Shown: piece after piece, positions 9,645 through 18,760 of the stretch
Numbering within the stretch: position 1 is the stretch's first letter
Layout: each line of letters begins with the position of its first letter
NCBI RefSeq assembly: GCF_000970025.1
Contig: NZ_CP009528.1
Coordinates: 893,168 to 917,167, forward strand
Reading direction: 5' to 3'
DNA length: 24,000 nucleotides
Origin: Methanosarcina barkeri MS
Lineage (GTDB): Archaea > Halobacteriota > Methanosarcinia > Methanosarcinales > Methanosarcinaceae
Made by a program: the position numbers and the translations under genes
Notes under the pieces: generated by a model
Seen by the model: only the letters and a program-made list of their open reading frames with translations
What the model was told of the DNA's origin: nothing
The model's database searches: none

Positions 9645-10901
9645 ATGTTTTTACAGGATTATGAATTAAGTGAAGAAGAGAAAGTTCTCTTACAAAAGGT
9701 TCTGGATGGAGATGTGGCTCTTCGTAAGATTGAGGAGTTTGCAGACCCTGTGACTTCAGTAAAAATCAGACGGCTTGCAATACAGGAATTTACAAAACTT
9801 GAGTTTGAGAATATCCAGAATTTTTCCCTTGATGTTGAAGCAGCATCGAAAAAGAACATTGAAAACATGATAGGTGCAGTTCAGATTCCTCTCGGAGTTG
9901 CCGGACTTCTGAAGGTAAATGGCGAATATGCGAATTCCGAATACTACATTCCGCTTGCTACAACTGAAGGGGCTCTTGTTGCCGGTGTAAATCGTGGCTG
10001 CTCGGTTATCACAAAATCAGGAGGAGCAAATGTCAGGGTTTTTGAAGACAAAATGACGAGAGCACCTGTTTTTAAGCTTGAGAGTGTTAGCAGAGCTAAA
10101 GAATTTTATGAGTGGGTAAAATGTCCTGAGATTTTTGAGAAGATGAAAACCGTTGCTGAGAAAACGACACGTTTTGGAAAACTGCTTTCTGTAAAACCCT
10201 TCGTAACTGGCACAGATGTACACCTCAGGTTCTCGTACGATACAAAAGACGCCATGGGTATGAACATGGTGACTATAGCTACCGATGCGGTGATGCATCT
10301 TATAGAAGACGAATTCGGTGCGCATCCCATTACTCTTTCAGGAAATATGTGTACGGACAAAAAACCAGCTTCTATAAGCGCGATTCTCGGAAGAGGAAAA
10401 ACCGTTGTAGCCGAGGTTACGATTCCAAAAGAAATTGTCAAGGAAACCCTCAAATGTACGCCTGAATCCATGTTTGAAGTAAACTACAGCAAAAACCTGC
10501 TGGGTTCAGCAAGAGCAGGAGCACTTGGATTCAATGCTCATGCTGCAAATATTATTGCTGCGATTTATCTGGCCTGCGGACAGGATGCTGCTCATGTTGT
10601 TGAAGGAAGCACCGCAATTACGAGTATGGAGCTTACGAAATATGAAGAAATTCACTGCTCTGTTACTCTACCTGCTCTGCCTGTGGGAACCGTTGGTGGA
10701 GGCACTGGTCTTGGGACCCAGAGGGATTGCCTGAACATTCTTGATGTTGCAGGCGCAGGTGACGTTCCTGGAACAAACTCTAAGAAATTTGCGGAAATCG
10801 TAGCTTCTGCCGTGCTTGCAGGAGAAGTTAACCTTATAGGAGCTCAGGCTGCAGGACATCTTGCCCGTGCCCATGCCCAGCTAGGCCGTGGGAAGTTCTA
10901 A
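9645..10901 (+). CDS. hmgA: 3-hydroxy-3-methylglutaryl-CoA reductase (class I, archaeal mevalonate pathway)
   Basis: 418 aa. Motifs EGALVAGVNRGC, DAMGMNMV, GTVGGGTGL and the C-terminal AAGHLARAH region. SD caggtga upstream. Confidence 0.92.
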   Translation: MFLQDYELSEEEKVLLQKVLDGDVALRKIEEFADPVTSVKIRRLAIQEFTKLEFENIQNFSLDVEAASKKNIENMIGAVQIPLGVAGLLKVNGEYANSEYYIPLATTEGALVAGVNRGCSVITKSGGANVRVFEDKMTRAPVFKLESVSRAKEFYEWVKCPEIFEKMKTVAEKTTRFGKLLSVKPFVTGTDVHLRFSYDTKDAMGMNMVTIATDAVMHLIEDEFGAHPITLSGNMCTDKKPASISAILGRGKTVVAEVTIPKEIVKETLKCTPESMFEVNYSKNLLGSARAGALGFNAHAANIIAAIYLACGQDAAHVVEGSTAITSMELTKYEEIHCSVTLPALPVGTVGGGTGLGTQRDCLNILDVAGAGDVPGTNSKKFAEIVASAVLAGEVNLIGAQAAGHLARAHAQLGRGKF

Positions 10902-11208
10902 TGCAACCGTTGACTCGCAACCGTTGAGCCGGTTGATCACGCCGGATAAGTTTTGGGGATAAGATTCTCAAACTCAAATGTTGCTGAGGTTTTCGGTCAA
11001 GCCTTTTTTCAAAAGGTTTTCGGTCAAGCAGTTTTTTCAAAAGACTTGCGAGGAAGCTTTCCAGGGGAAAGGTTGTGGAAGACACTGAGATTACGAGAAT
11101 CAGATCTTCCGGGTAAAACATGATCCAATAAGAGTTCTTACCATTATTGGCAAACTCCAGCTTCTGATCGATAAGATAATCTTTTATGAGAGAGAGTATA
11201 TTGACCAT
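10834..11208 (-). CDS. Hypothetical ORF, possibly a truncated gene remnant
   Basis: 124-aa ORF. Only the first 55 aa or so (MVNILSLIKDYLIDQKLEFANNGKNSYWIMFYPEDLILVISV...) look protein-like. The rest is read from the duplicated terminator module, the 14-mer repeat and 68 nt antisense to the hmgA 3' end. Confidence 0.25.
   Translation of the reverse strand: MVNILSLIKDYLIDQKLEFANNGKNSYWIMFYPEDLILVISVSSTTFPLESFLASLLKKLLDRKPFEKRLDRKPQQHLSLRILSPKLIRRDQPAQRLRVNGCIRTSHGLAGHGHGQDVLQPELL
10902..10938. repeat. 14-nt tandem repeat (t/c)gcaaccgttga(c/g)(t/c), about 2.6 copies, starting 1 nt after the hmgA stop
   Basis: tgcaaccgttgact (10902-10915), cgcaaccgttgagc (10916-10929), cggttgatc (10930-10938). 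Confidence 0.8.
10987..11041 (+). terminator. Duplicated 27/28-nt module, each copy ending in a T6 run; candidate tandem terminators for hmgA
   Basis: aggttttcggtcaagccttttttcaaa (10987-11013) and aggttttcggtcaagcagttttttcaaa (11014-11041). Oligo-T is the archaeal termination signal. Confidence 0.5.
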
Positions 11209-11650
11209 TGACTCTGCTTCCTATTTTTTGTGGTGAAGAAAAAGGATACAGAGTCAATCATAATTTACAGAACTTTTGGGTATATTGCCACCGATTTACT
11301 AAAATTTTGATTTTTCTCAAAACAGTTCTAAATTTGGGTGTAACTTCAATTTTGAGAATAGTTCCCAAATCTGTAGACAGCTTTTCTATAATTCTTTAAT
11401 TAATATATCTTCATTTGCGCTCTTTATCAATTTTTAAGAAAAGTTAATAAATCAGAAGATGTTAGTATCTATTGAATATTTATGGGGATGTGTATGGGGG
11501 TAATTAATAGGGAACCATGCGGATCAGCTCTTGAATATCTTGTTTCCCATCAAAAACTCTGTCAAACTTGAGATATAGATATGCTGAGAATATGACCCTT
11601 TAATTTCTCTATATACTTTCATTCAAAAATAATCCTTGGAGTGAATCAGA

Positions 11651-12277
11651 ATGAAAGGAATTTTTAGCATTTTTAGAAAAGACGATAAAGCCTTTACAGG
11701 GCTCGAATCAGCAATTGTGCTGACCGCTTTTGTAGTTGTGGCAGCAGTGTTTTCTTATGTAGTGCTTGGGGCAGGGTTTACAACTTCTGATACTGCCAAG
11801 AAGACTATCGAGGAGGGTGTGAAACAGACTACTTCTTCAGTTGAACTTGCAGGTGACGTGATAGCAAAAGGTACTCCGATAGTCACAACAGATGTAAACG
11901 GAACAACAACGACAACCGGCGGAACAGTAGATAAAATTCTTGTCACCCTTCAGCTTACAGCAGGGCAGTCTCCCGTGGATATAGGACCTGGAATGCTGGT
12001 GGTATCTTATGCTGACAGTGCTATCTACAGCCCAGAAGTGACATGGTCTCAGTCATTTGTAGGGGATGACGATGGCGATGCGATTCTAGAACAGCACGAG
12101 AAAGTACAACTGGAAATCACTGTACCCAATACTGAGCCAGACGTCGCATTGCTTGCAACTTCTTGTTCAGCGGAGAACACTGAGTTCAGACTTGAGATAA
12201 AACCAAAGGTTGGCGCAATTGTCCCAATAACAAGAGTGATTCCGGCACAGATCGATCAAGTTATGGTTCTGAAGTAA
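11651..12277 (+). CDS. arlB: Archaellin (archaeal flagellin FlaB/ArlB)
   Basis: 208 aa. Type IV pilin-like class III signal: short basic leader (FRKDDK) then FTGLESAIVLTAFVVVAAVFSYVVLGAGF, similar to the crenarchaeal-type archaellin N-terminus ...G/LDTAIIL. Thr/Gly-rich variable domain. SD ggagtg. First gene of the arl cluster. Confidence 0.85.
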   Translation: MKGIFSIFRKDDKAFTGLESAIVLTAFVVVAAVFSYVVLGAGFTTSDTAKKTIEEGVKQTTSSVELAGDVIAKGTPIVTTDVNGTTTTTGGTVDKILVTLQLTAGQSPVDIGPGMLVVSYADSAIYSPEVTWSQSFVGDDDGDAILEQHEKVQLEITVPNTEPDVALLATSCSAENTEFRLEIKPKVGAIVPITRVIPAQIDQVMVLK

Positions 12278-12312
12278 TCCCTATGGATTTTAGGGATACT
12301 TTCCCTTCTTTT
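12277..12312 (+). terminator. Hairpin plus T-rich tract right after the arlB stop; candidate attenuator
   Basis: atcccta (12277-12283) / tggattt / tagggat (12291-12297), then actttcccttctttt. Confidence 0.4.
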
Positions 12313-12353
12313 ATGGAGGATAAAAAGTTTCATTTTTTGTTCAGGTGGTTAAT

Positions 12354-13043
12354 ATGGAACTGGAGAAAAAAGTTGCAGATATGGAAACTGAACTTAAAGT
12401 CGTAAAAGGGGAGATCAAGGAATTACTTGTAGATATAAGGGACCTTGTAAACAGAAATGAAAATCCCTTCTTCAATGACCAGAAAAATGGAGTTTCAAGG
12501 CTTGAAACAAAAGGAAAAGGGGCAGAAGTGGAGAATCAACTACCTGCTGATGAAGAAAAAAATGATAAAAATAAGGAAAGCGTCCAGGAGCCGGTCAGAA
12601 CCATTTCTCAAGATGGGGTTCCCGAAGAAAATATGCCACGGCAGAAAACTCCTACAAAGGAAATACAGGCGATTGAACCTGAAATTTCAGCCCGAAAAAT
12701 TGATACGTTTACCCTTGTTGAACTCATGCGCTGGGTCGATTATGCTATAAGGACAGTTGGACACGGCAACCTAGAAGTCCTGCTTGACCTGTATTCACTT
12801 ACCGGACCGCTTTCTGAAGAGACCAAGTATATTATCAAAAATATTGCAAACCTTTCCATTGAAGACCCTGCATGTGAAGATAAGGTTAGCATGAAAGATA
12901 ATATTACAGTGCTTTCGCAACTGAGTGCAATTCTCGACCCTAAGAAATTCAAAAATGGAATCCAGCCTATTTACGAAAATTCAGGCTGGAGAGAAGACAA
13001 AAAAGGAAGACAGGATTTTTCTTTAATTAAATGTACGAACTAA
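12354..13043 (+). CDS. arlCDE: Archaellum accessory protein, ArlC/D/E (FlaC/D/E)-like
   Basis: N-terminal coiled coil (ELEKKVADMETELKVVKGEIKELLVDIRD), charged low-complexity linker, and a C-terminal FlaD/E-like block (FTLVELMRWVDYAIRTVGHGNLEVLLDLYSLTG). It occupies the arlC/D/E slot between arlB and arlF. The ATG at 12354 has SD aggtgg 5 nt upstream and is preferred over the listed GTG at 12345. Confidence 0.6.
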   Translation: MELEKKVADMETELKVVKGEIKELLVDIRDLVNRNENPFFNDQKNGVSRLETKGKGAEVENQLPADEEKNDKNKESVQEPVRTISQDGVPEENMPRQKTPTKEIQAIEPEISARKIDTFTLVELMRWVDYAIRTVGHGNLEVLLDLYSLTGPLSEETKYIIKNIANLSIEDPACEDKVSMKDNITVLSQLSAILDPKKFKNGIQPIYENSGWREDKKGRQDFSLIKCTN

Positions 13044-13080
13044 GAAATTGACTAGATGTACGAACCGCTAAATCGACTGA
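13031..13080. repeat. Imperfect 25-nt tandem duplication spanning the arlCDE stop codon
   Basis: atgtacgaactaagaaattgactag (13031-13055) vs atgtacgaaccgctaaatcgactga (13056-13080), 18/25 identical. Confidence 0.45.
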
Positions 13081-13337
13081 AAAGCAGATCAAATGTTCAA
13101 ATTAATACCAGTTAATCATTATTAGTGTCAGTAAACTTAGGTAAATACTGTATAATTAACCGTTATTGTCGAATAGAATCAATGCTACTGGCATAATCGA
13201 TATTTCTGACATAAACAGGTTGAGATATCAATATTATCCAACGGCTATATGCTCATTCAAACTGATTTAAGTTTATTCGGACTTAGGTAGTTTACTCAAA
13301 CTGATATGGGACTCGGAAAGTAAGGCGGGGTCGAAAA

Positions 13338-13832
13338 GTGAGTGGGGAAGCGATAAGCTCTGCGATTCTAACAATAGCATCCATTATCTGTGCATTTTCA
13401 TTTGTTTCAGTTGTATACCCGTCTGTAATTTCCGCAGGAGACCCTATAGTCAGCCGTACTAATGCAATGGGAGACCAGATCCTGACCGATTTTGAAATAT
13501 TACACGAGACAACTGCCGCTGAAGGCTTAGAGGTTCACATATGGGTTAAAAACGTGGGACCTAAAGGGATATCTTCCGGTTTAATCCAGCGATCTGACCT
13601 TTTTTTTGGGGAGGTCGGAAAATTTGAAAGGATACCATATGACGAGAATGGAAGTCTGGCTCCTTGCTGGAACTACTCAATAGAGCAAAGCAATGACGAT
13701 AACTGGGACAAAGGGGAAACACTGCAGATCAGATTAAAGCCTGCTGATGTGCTTGTCAGCGGAGCGAAGTATTTCATTAAATTTAGTGCATACAATGGGG
13801 TTTCGGAAGAGGCCTATTTTACGGTGTCATGA
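13338..13832 (+). CDS. arlF: Archaellum protein ArlF (FlaF)
   Basis: 164 aa, GTG start. N-terminal TM helix (AISSAILTIASIICAFSFVSVVY) plus a beta-rich soluble domain. Position and 4-nt ATGA overlap with the next gene are typical of flaF-flaG. Confidence 0.7.
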   Translation: MSGEAISSAILTIASIICAFSFVSVVYPSVISAGDPIVSRTNAMGDQILTDFEILHETTAAEGLEVHIWVKNVGPKGISSGLIQRSDLFFGEVGKFERIPYDENGSLAPCWNYSIEQSNDDNWDKGETLQIRLKPADVLVSGAKYFIKFSAYNGVSEEAYFTVS

Positions 13833-14341
13833 TGGGATTCGGAACGGTTATTGCATCAATGCTTTCGGTTGCAATCCTCCTCCTGGCATTTTATGTCTGC
13901 TCAAGCGGGGGGTTTTACATGGCAGATGTTCTTGCAAATTCAGTAATGGAGATGCAGGAAAATGAGAATGAGATAATGAAAACCGAAATCGAAATTACAA
14001 ACATTTCTGCAAATGAGGCCGGTATTTTCGTGTCCCTGAATAATACTGGCTCCACAAAGGTAGGAGACTATGATTATATGGACGTGATCGTTAAGTACTC
14101 CAACACATCCGGCATTGCAAAAACCATATGGGTTCCCTTCCAGGGAGATTCAGACGCATTAGAAGACAAATGGACTGTGGGAAATATAAGTCCAGATCTG
14201 GTAAATCCCGGAATTCTTGATCCGGGTGAGGAGATAGAATTGCAGATTTTGCTCGAAGATTCCCTGGAAAACAAGAGTGTAAACTGGCTGTTGGTAACTG
14301 CCCCAAATGGAGTCAAAGCTTCAGGATATTTTAACGCATGA
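13829..14341 (+). CDS. arlG: Archaellum protein ArlG (FlaG)
   Basis: 170 aa. N-terminal TM helix (GTVIASMLSVAILLLAFYV) and a beta-rich domain (IEITNISANEAGIFVSLNNTGSTKV). Translationally coupled to arlF. Confidence 0.7.
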   Translation: MMGFGTVIASMLSVAILLLAFYVCSSGGFYMADVLANSVMEMQENENEIMKTEIEITNISANEAGIFVSLNNTGSTKVGDYDYMDVIVKYSNTSGIAKTIWVPFQGDSDALEDKWTVGNISPDLVNPGILDPGEEIELQILLEDSLENKSVNWLLVTAPNGVKASGYFNA

Positions 14342-14445
14342 ATTAGAAAATCGGTTTGATAGTTCAGAATTAGATAACTGGTTGATAGTCCAGATTTAGA
14401 TTACTGGTTTGATAGCCCAGATGTAGATTACTGATTGATAATCTA
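14340..14445. repeat. Tandem repeat, 26/27-nt unit, 4 diverged copies, starting on the arlG stop codon
   Basis: gaattagaaaatcggtttgatagttca (14340-14366), gaattagataactggttgatagtcca (14367-14392), gatttagattactggtttgatagccca (14393-14419), gatgtagattactgattgataatcta (14420-14445). Confidence 0.9.
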
Positions 14446-14535
14446 TAATTATTCCGGCTAAGTCAATGAGTTGAATTAGATAAACTAAGGAGATACAAAA
14501 CAGTTGATCTTTGAAAAAAGGGAGAGAGGAAGAGT

Positions 14536-15321
14536 ATGGGAGTAAATTCGGAAGAGGCTTTATTTCTTGAAAATGAAACATTTTGTGAAGAGGTATCAGA
14601 TAACTCGGAAACTGAGAGGAAACCCTTAGAATTCATATCCTCAGGAAATCTGGAGATTGATAAAAAACTGGAAGGAGGTGTACCCATAGGTTCCCTTTGC
14701 CTTCTCGAAGGGGCAAAAGACAGTGGAAAATCAGTTTTCATGCAGCAGATTATATGTGGAGCTCTCAACCAGGATAAAAAAGTTTTAGCTTTAACGACGG
14801 AAAAAACCTCTCGTAAATTGTTGAATAATATGGAAAGCCTGAAGCAGGACATCTCAGATTATTTTATAATAGGCAGATTAAGGATCTTTGAAATAAATGC
14901 AAGTTATGTCGAAGAAAGTCCCGAGCTAAGTAATAATCTGCTAGGGAGGATGCTCGAATGTGTAAATGACTGTGAAGAAGAACTTATCCTGATCGATTCT
15001 TTAACGATTTTAGCGGTTAGCGCCTCTGAAAATACCTTATTGAACTTTTTTAGAGAATGTTTAAAACTTTGTGATAAAGAAAAGACTATTTTAATAAGTG
15101 TTCATGGGTATGCTTTTTCCCAGGAAGTGCTTTACAGGCTAAGATCCGTTTGCGATTCATGCCTGGAACTGAGAATTGAACAGGTCGGAGATAAGCTGAT
15201 AAAGACTATGGAAATTCAGAAGTTGAGAGGTGCCAAAAAAACTACTGGAAATATGTTAAGTTTTGATGTGAACAGTGAGTATGGACTTAAAATAATTCCA
15301 GTTTCGAAAGTCAAAGCCTGA
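14536..15321 (+). CDS. arlH: Archaellum RecA/KaiC-like ATP-binding protein ArlH (FlaH)
   Basis: 261 aa. Walker A LEGAKDSGKSVF, Walker B-like ELILIDSLT. Sits in the slot directly before arlI. Confidence 0.8.
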   Translation: MGVNSEEALFLENETFCEEVSDNSETERKPLEFISSGNLEIDKKLEGGVPIGSLCLLEGAKDSGKSVFMQQIICGALNQDKKVLALTTEKTSRKLLNNMESLKQDISDYFIIGRLRIFEINASYVEESPELSNNLLGRMLECVNDCEEELILIDSLTILAVSASENTLLNFFRECLKLCDKEKTILISVHGYAFSQEVLYRLRSVCDSCLELRIEQVGDKLIKTMEIQKLRGAKKTTGNMLSFDVNSEYGLKIIPVSKVKA

Positions 15322-15381
15322 GAGAGGAAAAACATCCGGAAAAAGTGCTCTTAAGAAATAAGGCCCGAATGAGGATTTTAA

Positions 15382-17196
15382 ATGGACGCTCTACCTTTTA
15401 ACCCGCTGCCTGCACCGGTAAATGGAAAGCGCTCCAGAGAAGATGTACGTTCAAGACTTCCTTCTGAATTGCAGGAATTTGTTGGCAGGGAAGAGAATAG
15501 TCACATCCTTGATTATATATGCAGGCTTCCTCTGGAGCAAGTCGAAATCCCGGAGTTCCATTTAAAGATCTCAAGAGCTATGAAAAGTATCAGACATCCA
15601 AACCTCATTTACCCTATTGGAAAAGGACTTGCTGTTCACATTTATCCCGATAAAGAAGACATAAGAAATTACTATATCCCGATAGAACCCTGCCTTTTTC
15701 AGGATATAGACAGCACACTTGAGGCTGTAGAAAAGCTGCTTATCGACGTTATACATGATGGGGATGTCGATACTAAGGACCTGGAAGAAAAGAAAAGACT
15801 TCTGGAAAGGGCCCTTGAAAAGGTTTGTATTATAGAAGAACACGTAAATGAAAGTGTAGAACAAAAAAGTAAAGATCTTGAGAGGAATAAAACAGTCAAG
15901 AGAAAGAAAAATGGTAGATTGAGGCTTGGATTGATTGGAAATTTAAAAGAAGCCGGTAAAGTCTTCAAAATGAATAAATGGGAAAATATCCGGGTAACTC
16001 CTGAAGAATTTCAAGCTATCAAATATCTTATGATAAGGGACAAGATCGGAATGGGAATGCTCGAACCTCTGTTGCTGGACTCAAATATAGAAGATATAAG
16101 TTGCAGTGGGCTTGGGAGGGTTTTCGTCGAGCATAAGGTATTTTCGTCCCTTAAAACAGCAATTGAGTTTCAGGAGACTGAGGAACTTAACTCTTTTATT
16201 ATACAGATGTCCGAGAAGGTCGGAAAGCCAATCACATATCGAGATCCGATAGTCGATACAGCTCTTCCGGATGGGTCAAGGATTAACATTGTGTTCGGAG
16301 AAGATGTATCCAGAAGGGGGAGCAATTTTACAATAAGGAAATTTATGGGAACTCCGATTTCTATTCTTGAGCTTATTGATTTTGGGACAATTGACTACAT
16401 AATAGCTGCATATATGTGGATGATGCTGAGGGCAGGGATGAACTGCTTTATTTCGGGGGAAACGGCTTCCGGAAAGACTACTATGATGAATGCAATAACT
16501 ACTTTTCTTCCCCCGGAGTCAAAAATAGTTTCTATTGAAGATACTCCGGAACTGCAGGTTCCACATAAAAACTGGACCAGAGAGGTTACAAGGACTACAA
16601 GAGAGGATAGTGGGTCTGACGTCTCAATGTTTGACCTGTTAAAGGCTGCTCTTCGCCAGCGTCCTAATGAGATTATAATCGGAGAAATCCGTGGAGTAGA
16701 GGGCAGCATTGCTTTTCAGGCTATGCAGACCGGGCATCCTGTTATGTCTACTTTCCATGCCGCATCCGTCGAAAAACTTATTCAGAGGCTGACAGGAGAC
16801 CCGATTAATGTTCCTAAAAACTATGTGGATAACCTGAATGTGGTTATCATCCAGAGCGCGGTAAATATCCCTGGAAAAGGTATGGGAAGAAGAGTCCTGA
16901 GCATAAACGAAATCGTAGGCTATGATTCCTTTAATCAGGCTTTCAATTTTATGGATATATTTAAGTGGGACCCAGCAACAGATACTTTCAAATTCACGGG
17001 AAGAAATAATTCATATCTGTTAGAGCAAAAGATTGCTCCACGTCTGGGAATTCCGGAAAACCAGGTCCGAAAAATATATTCCGAACTTGAAAGGAAAGCA
17101 AAAATTCTCCAAAAGATCCATCAGGCGAAAATTACCAACTTTTACGATCTGTTCAATACGCTGATCCAGATTGAGGAGGCCGGGTTAATATCATGA
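15382..17196 (+). CDS. arlI: Archaellum motor ATPase ArlI (FlaI), type II/IV secretion ATPase family
   Basis: 604 aa. Walker A SGETASGKTT, Asp/Walker B box RPNEIIIGEIRG, His box STFHA. Confidence 0.92.
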   Translation: MDALPFNPLPAPVNGKRSREDVRSRLPSELQEFVGREENSHILDYICRLPLEQVEIPEFHLKISRAMKSIRHPNLIYPIGKGLAVHIYPDKEDIRNYYIPIEPCLFQDIDSTLEAVEKLLIDVIHDGDVDTKDLEEKKRLLERALEKVCIIEEHVNESVEQKSKDLERNKTVKRKKNGRLRLGLIGNLKEAGKVFKMNKWENIRVTPEEFQAIKYLMIRDKIGMGMLEPLLLDSNIEDISCSGLGRVFVEHKVFSSLKTAIEFQETEELNSFIIQMSEKVGKPITYRDPIVDTALPDGSRINIVFGEDVSRRGSNFTIRKFMGTPISILELIDFGTIDYIIAAYMWMMLRAGMNCFISGETASGKTTMMNAITTFLPPESKIVSIEDTPELQVPHKNWTREVTRTTREDSGSDVSMFDLLKAALRQRPNEIIIGEIRGVEGSIAFQAMQTGHPVMSTFHAASVEKLIQRLTGDPINVPKNYVDNLNVVIIQSAVNIPGKGMGRRVLSINEIVGYDSFNQAFNFMDIFKWDPATDTFKFTGRNNSYLLEQKIAPRLGIPENQVRKIYSELERKAKILQKIHQAKITNFYDLFNTLIQIEEAGLIS

Positions 17197-18758
17197 TAAA
17201 TGTCATGAAACCTGAGGAGAAGCTTGCTTACCTGAAAGCGGAAGCTGAAATGCATGGGTTTGAGGGCTACTTTAATCTTGCGCGGCAACTGAAGGGCACG
17301 AAGGTTGTTGAAAGAGTCAATGATGATATGCTCTTTCTTCTCACTTATATGGCAGCAATTTCAACTGCGGATATTGAAAGAGATAGAATCTTTGATTATG
17401 CGGGCTCTCAGAAAGAGTATGAAGCTTCAAAATATTTCAGGCAGATCCATACCCTTGCCTCAAAGTGGGGCTATGCATATGCAAAAGCCTGCAAATATAT
17501 CTCCCAGCGATTGCAGGATGAGTATATTTCTAAGCTTTTTGGACGAATGTCAAATATTCTTTCTTCTGGAGAACCGGAAAAAAACTTTCTGAAGCAAGAA
17601 AAAATAACAAGGGAAGAAATATTTTCTAATGAATATGAAAGAAGTATCGAATCCCTGAAAAAATGGACCGATGGATATACTGCTCTGATGGTGTCCGTAA
17701 CTCTTGTTGTTACTATAATTCTTGTTTCAGTTATGATCTATAATATAACAAATATAGGAACGATCGCTTTTCTTGTTGTATTACTAACTGTTTTTATCTG
17801 TGGGATTGCGCTTTTTATCATATATAAGGCCGCTCCTGCTGAAAAGAAACTTCATACCCTGAGCAGGCGATCAAAGGAACAGGAAATTATCAGGTTTTTG
17901 AGCCGGATTTTGCTTCCACTGGGAGCAATTTCGGTTGCTGCTCTCATTTTAATTGGTACGAAGCTCCAGTATACTTTGCTTGCAATAACTTTCTTTACGC
18001 TTCCAATAGGCTTCTTTGCAATGATAGATGACCGAAATATCAATGAAAGGGACAGTAGTTTTCCTGCATTTGTCAAGACTCTGGGCACGCTTGCCGGAAC
18101 GACAGGAATTACTATTCGAAGTGCAATGGAGGACCTTGATAAAGAAACTATAGGTGGTCTCAGGCCTGAGGTTGAGGAATTACATGCAGGACTTTCCTTG
18201 GGACTCAAGTCGAAGCTTTGCTGGGAGAAATTCATAGGAGAAACAGGTTCCGAACTGATCAACCGGTGCTCAAGGATCTTTACGGATGCAGTTGAGCTTG
18301 GAGGAGATCCTGCCGAAATAGGAGAGATAGTCTCATCCTCAAGTCTTGCTATCGTACTTCTCAGGATGAAAAGGCAGCTTGTCAGTTCAGGTTTTCGCGG
18401 CCTTGCCATAACTCTCCATGCTGTTATGATCGGGCTTCTAATCTTTATAATAGAAATAATTTCCAAATTTAGCGGGCTCGTTTCTGGAATGAATGAGTCA
18501 TATTCTTCGATTCAGGGAGGTGCTTCCGGAATGGGGATGAGCATGTTTAATGCTACTGAAAGTATACCTTTGCTTTACACATTTACTCTTTCCGTGGTGC
18601 TTATTCTAACAATTTCAAATACTCTTGTAGTAAAAATTGTCGAGGGTGGAGGAAACTGTAAGCTCTTTTTTTACGGAGGTTTGATGTCAGGAATTTCCGG
18701 GCTCTGCATGATTCTTGTACCGCCGGTTGTATCAGGGGTATTTACGTTTCAGATGTGA
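17193..18758 (+). CDS. arlJ: Archaellum membrane platform protein ArlJ (FlaJ)
   Basis: 521 aa, polytopic, with two TM clusters separated by a cytoplasmic domain (GspF/TadB-like architecture). ATGA overlap with arlI. Confidence 0.85.
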   Translation: MINVMKPEEKLAYLKAEAEMHGFEGYFNLARQLKGTKVVERVNDDMLFLLTYMAAISTADIERDRIFDYAGSQKEYEASKYFRQIHTLASKWGYAYAKACKYISQRLQDEYISKLFGRMSNILSSGEPEKNFLKQEKITREEIFSNEYERSIESLKKWTDGYTALMVSVTLVVTIILVSVMIYNITNIGTIAFLVVLLTVFICGIALFIIYKAAPAEKKLHTLSRRSKEQEIIRFLSRILLPLGAISVAALILIGTKLQYTLLAITFFTLPIGFFAMIDDRNINERDSSFPAFVKTLGTLAGTTGITIRSAMEDLDKETIGGLRPEVEELHAGLSLGLKSKLCWEKFIGETGSELINRCSRIFTDAVELGGDPAEIGEIVSSSSLAIVLLRMKRQLVSSGFRGLAITLHAVMIGLLIFIIEIISKFSGLVSGMNESYSSIQGGASGMGMSMFNATESIPLLYTFTLSVVLILTISNTLVVKIVEGGGNCKLFFYGGLMSGISGLCMILVPPVVSGVFTFQM

Positions 18759-18760
18759 TA

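Noticed and set aside
11208-11399. 63-aa plus-strand ORF in the hmgA-arlB spacer
   Set aside because: No SD is present, the translation is hydrophobic or aromatic junk, and the context is AT-rich intergenic.
12457-12750. 97-aa Lys/Arg-rich ORF inside arlCDE
   Set aside because: It is an alternative frame of the Glu/Lys-rich linker-coding region. The composition is an artefact of purine-rich codons.
13747-13965. 72-aa ORF spanning the arlF/arlG junction
   Set aside because: It is out of frame with two translationally coupled, well-supported genes.
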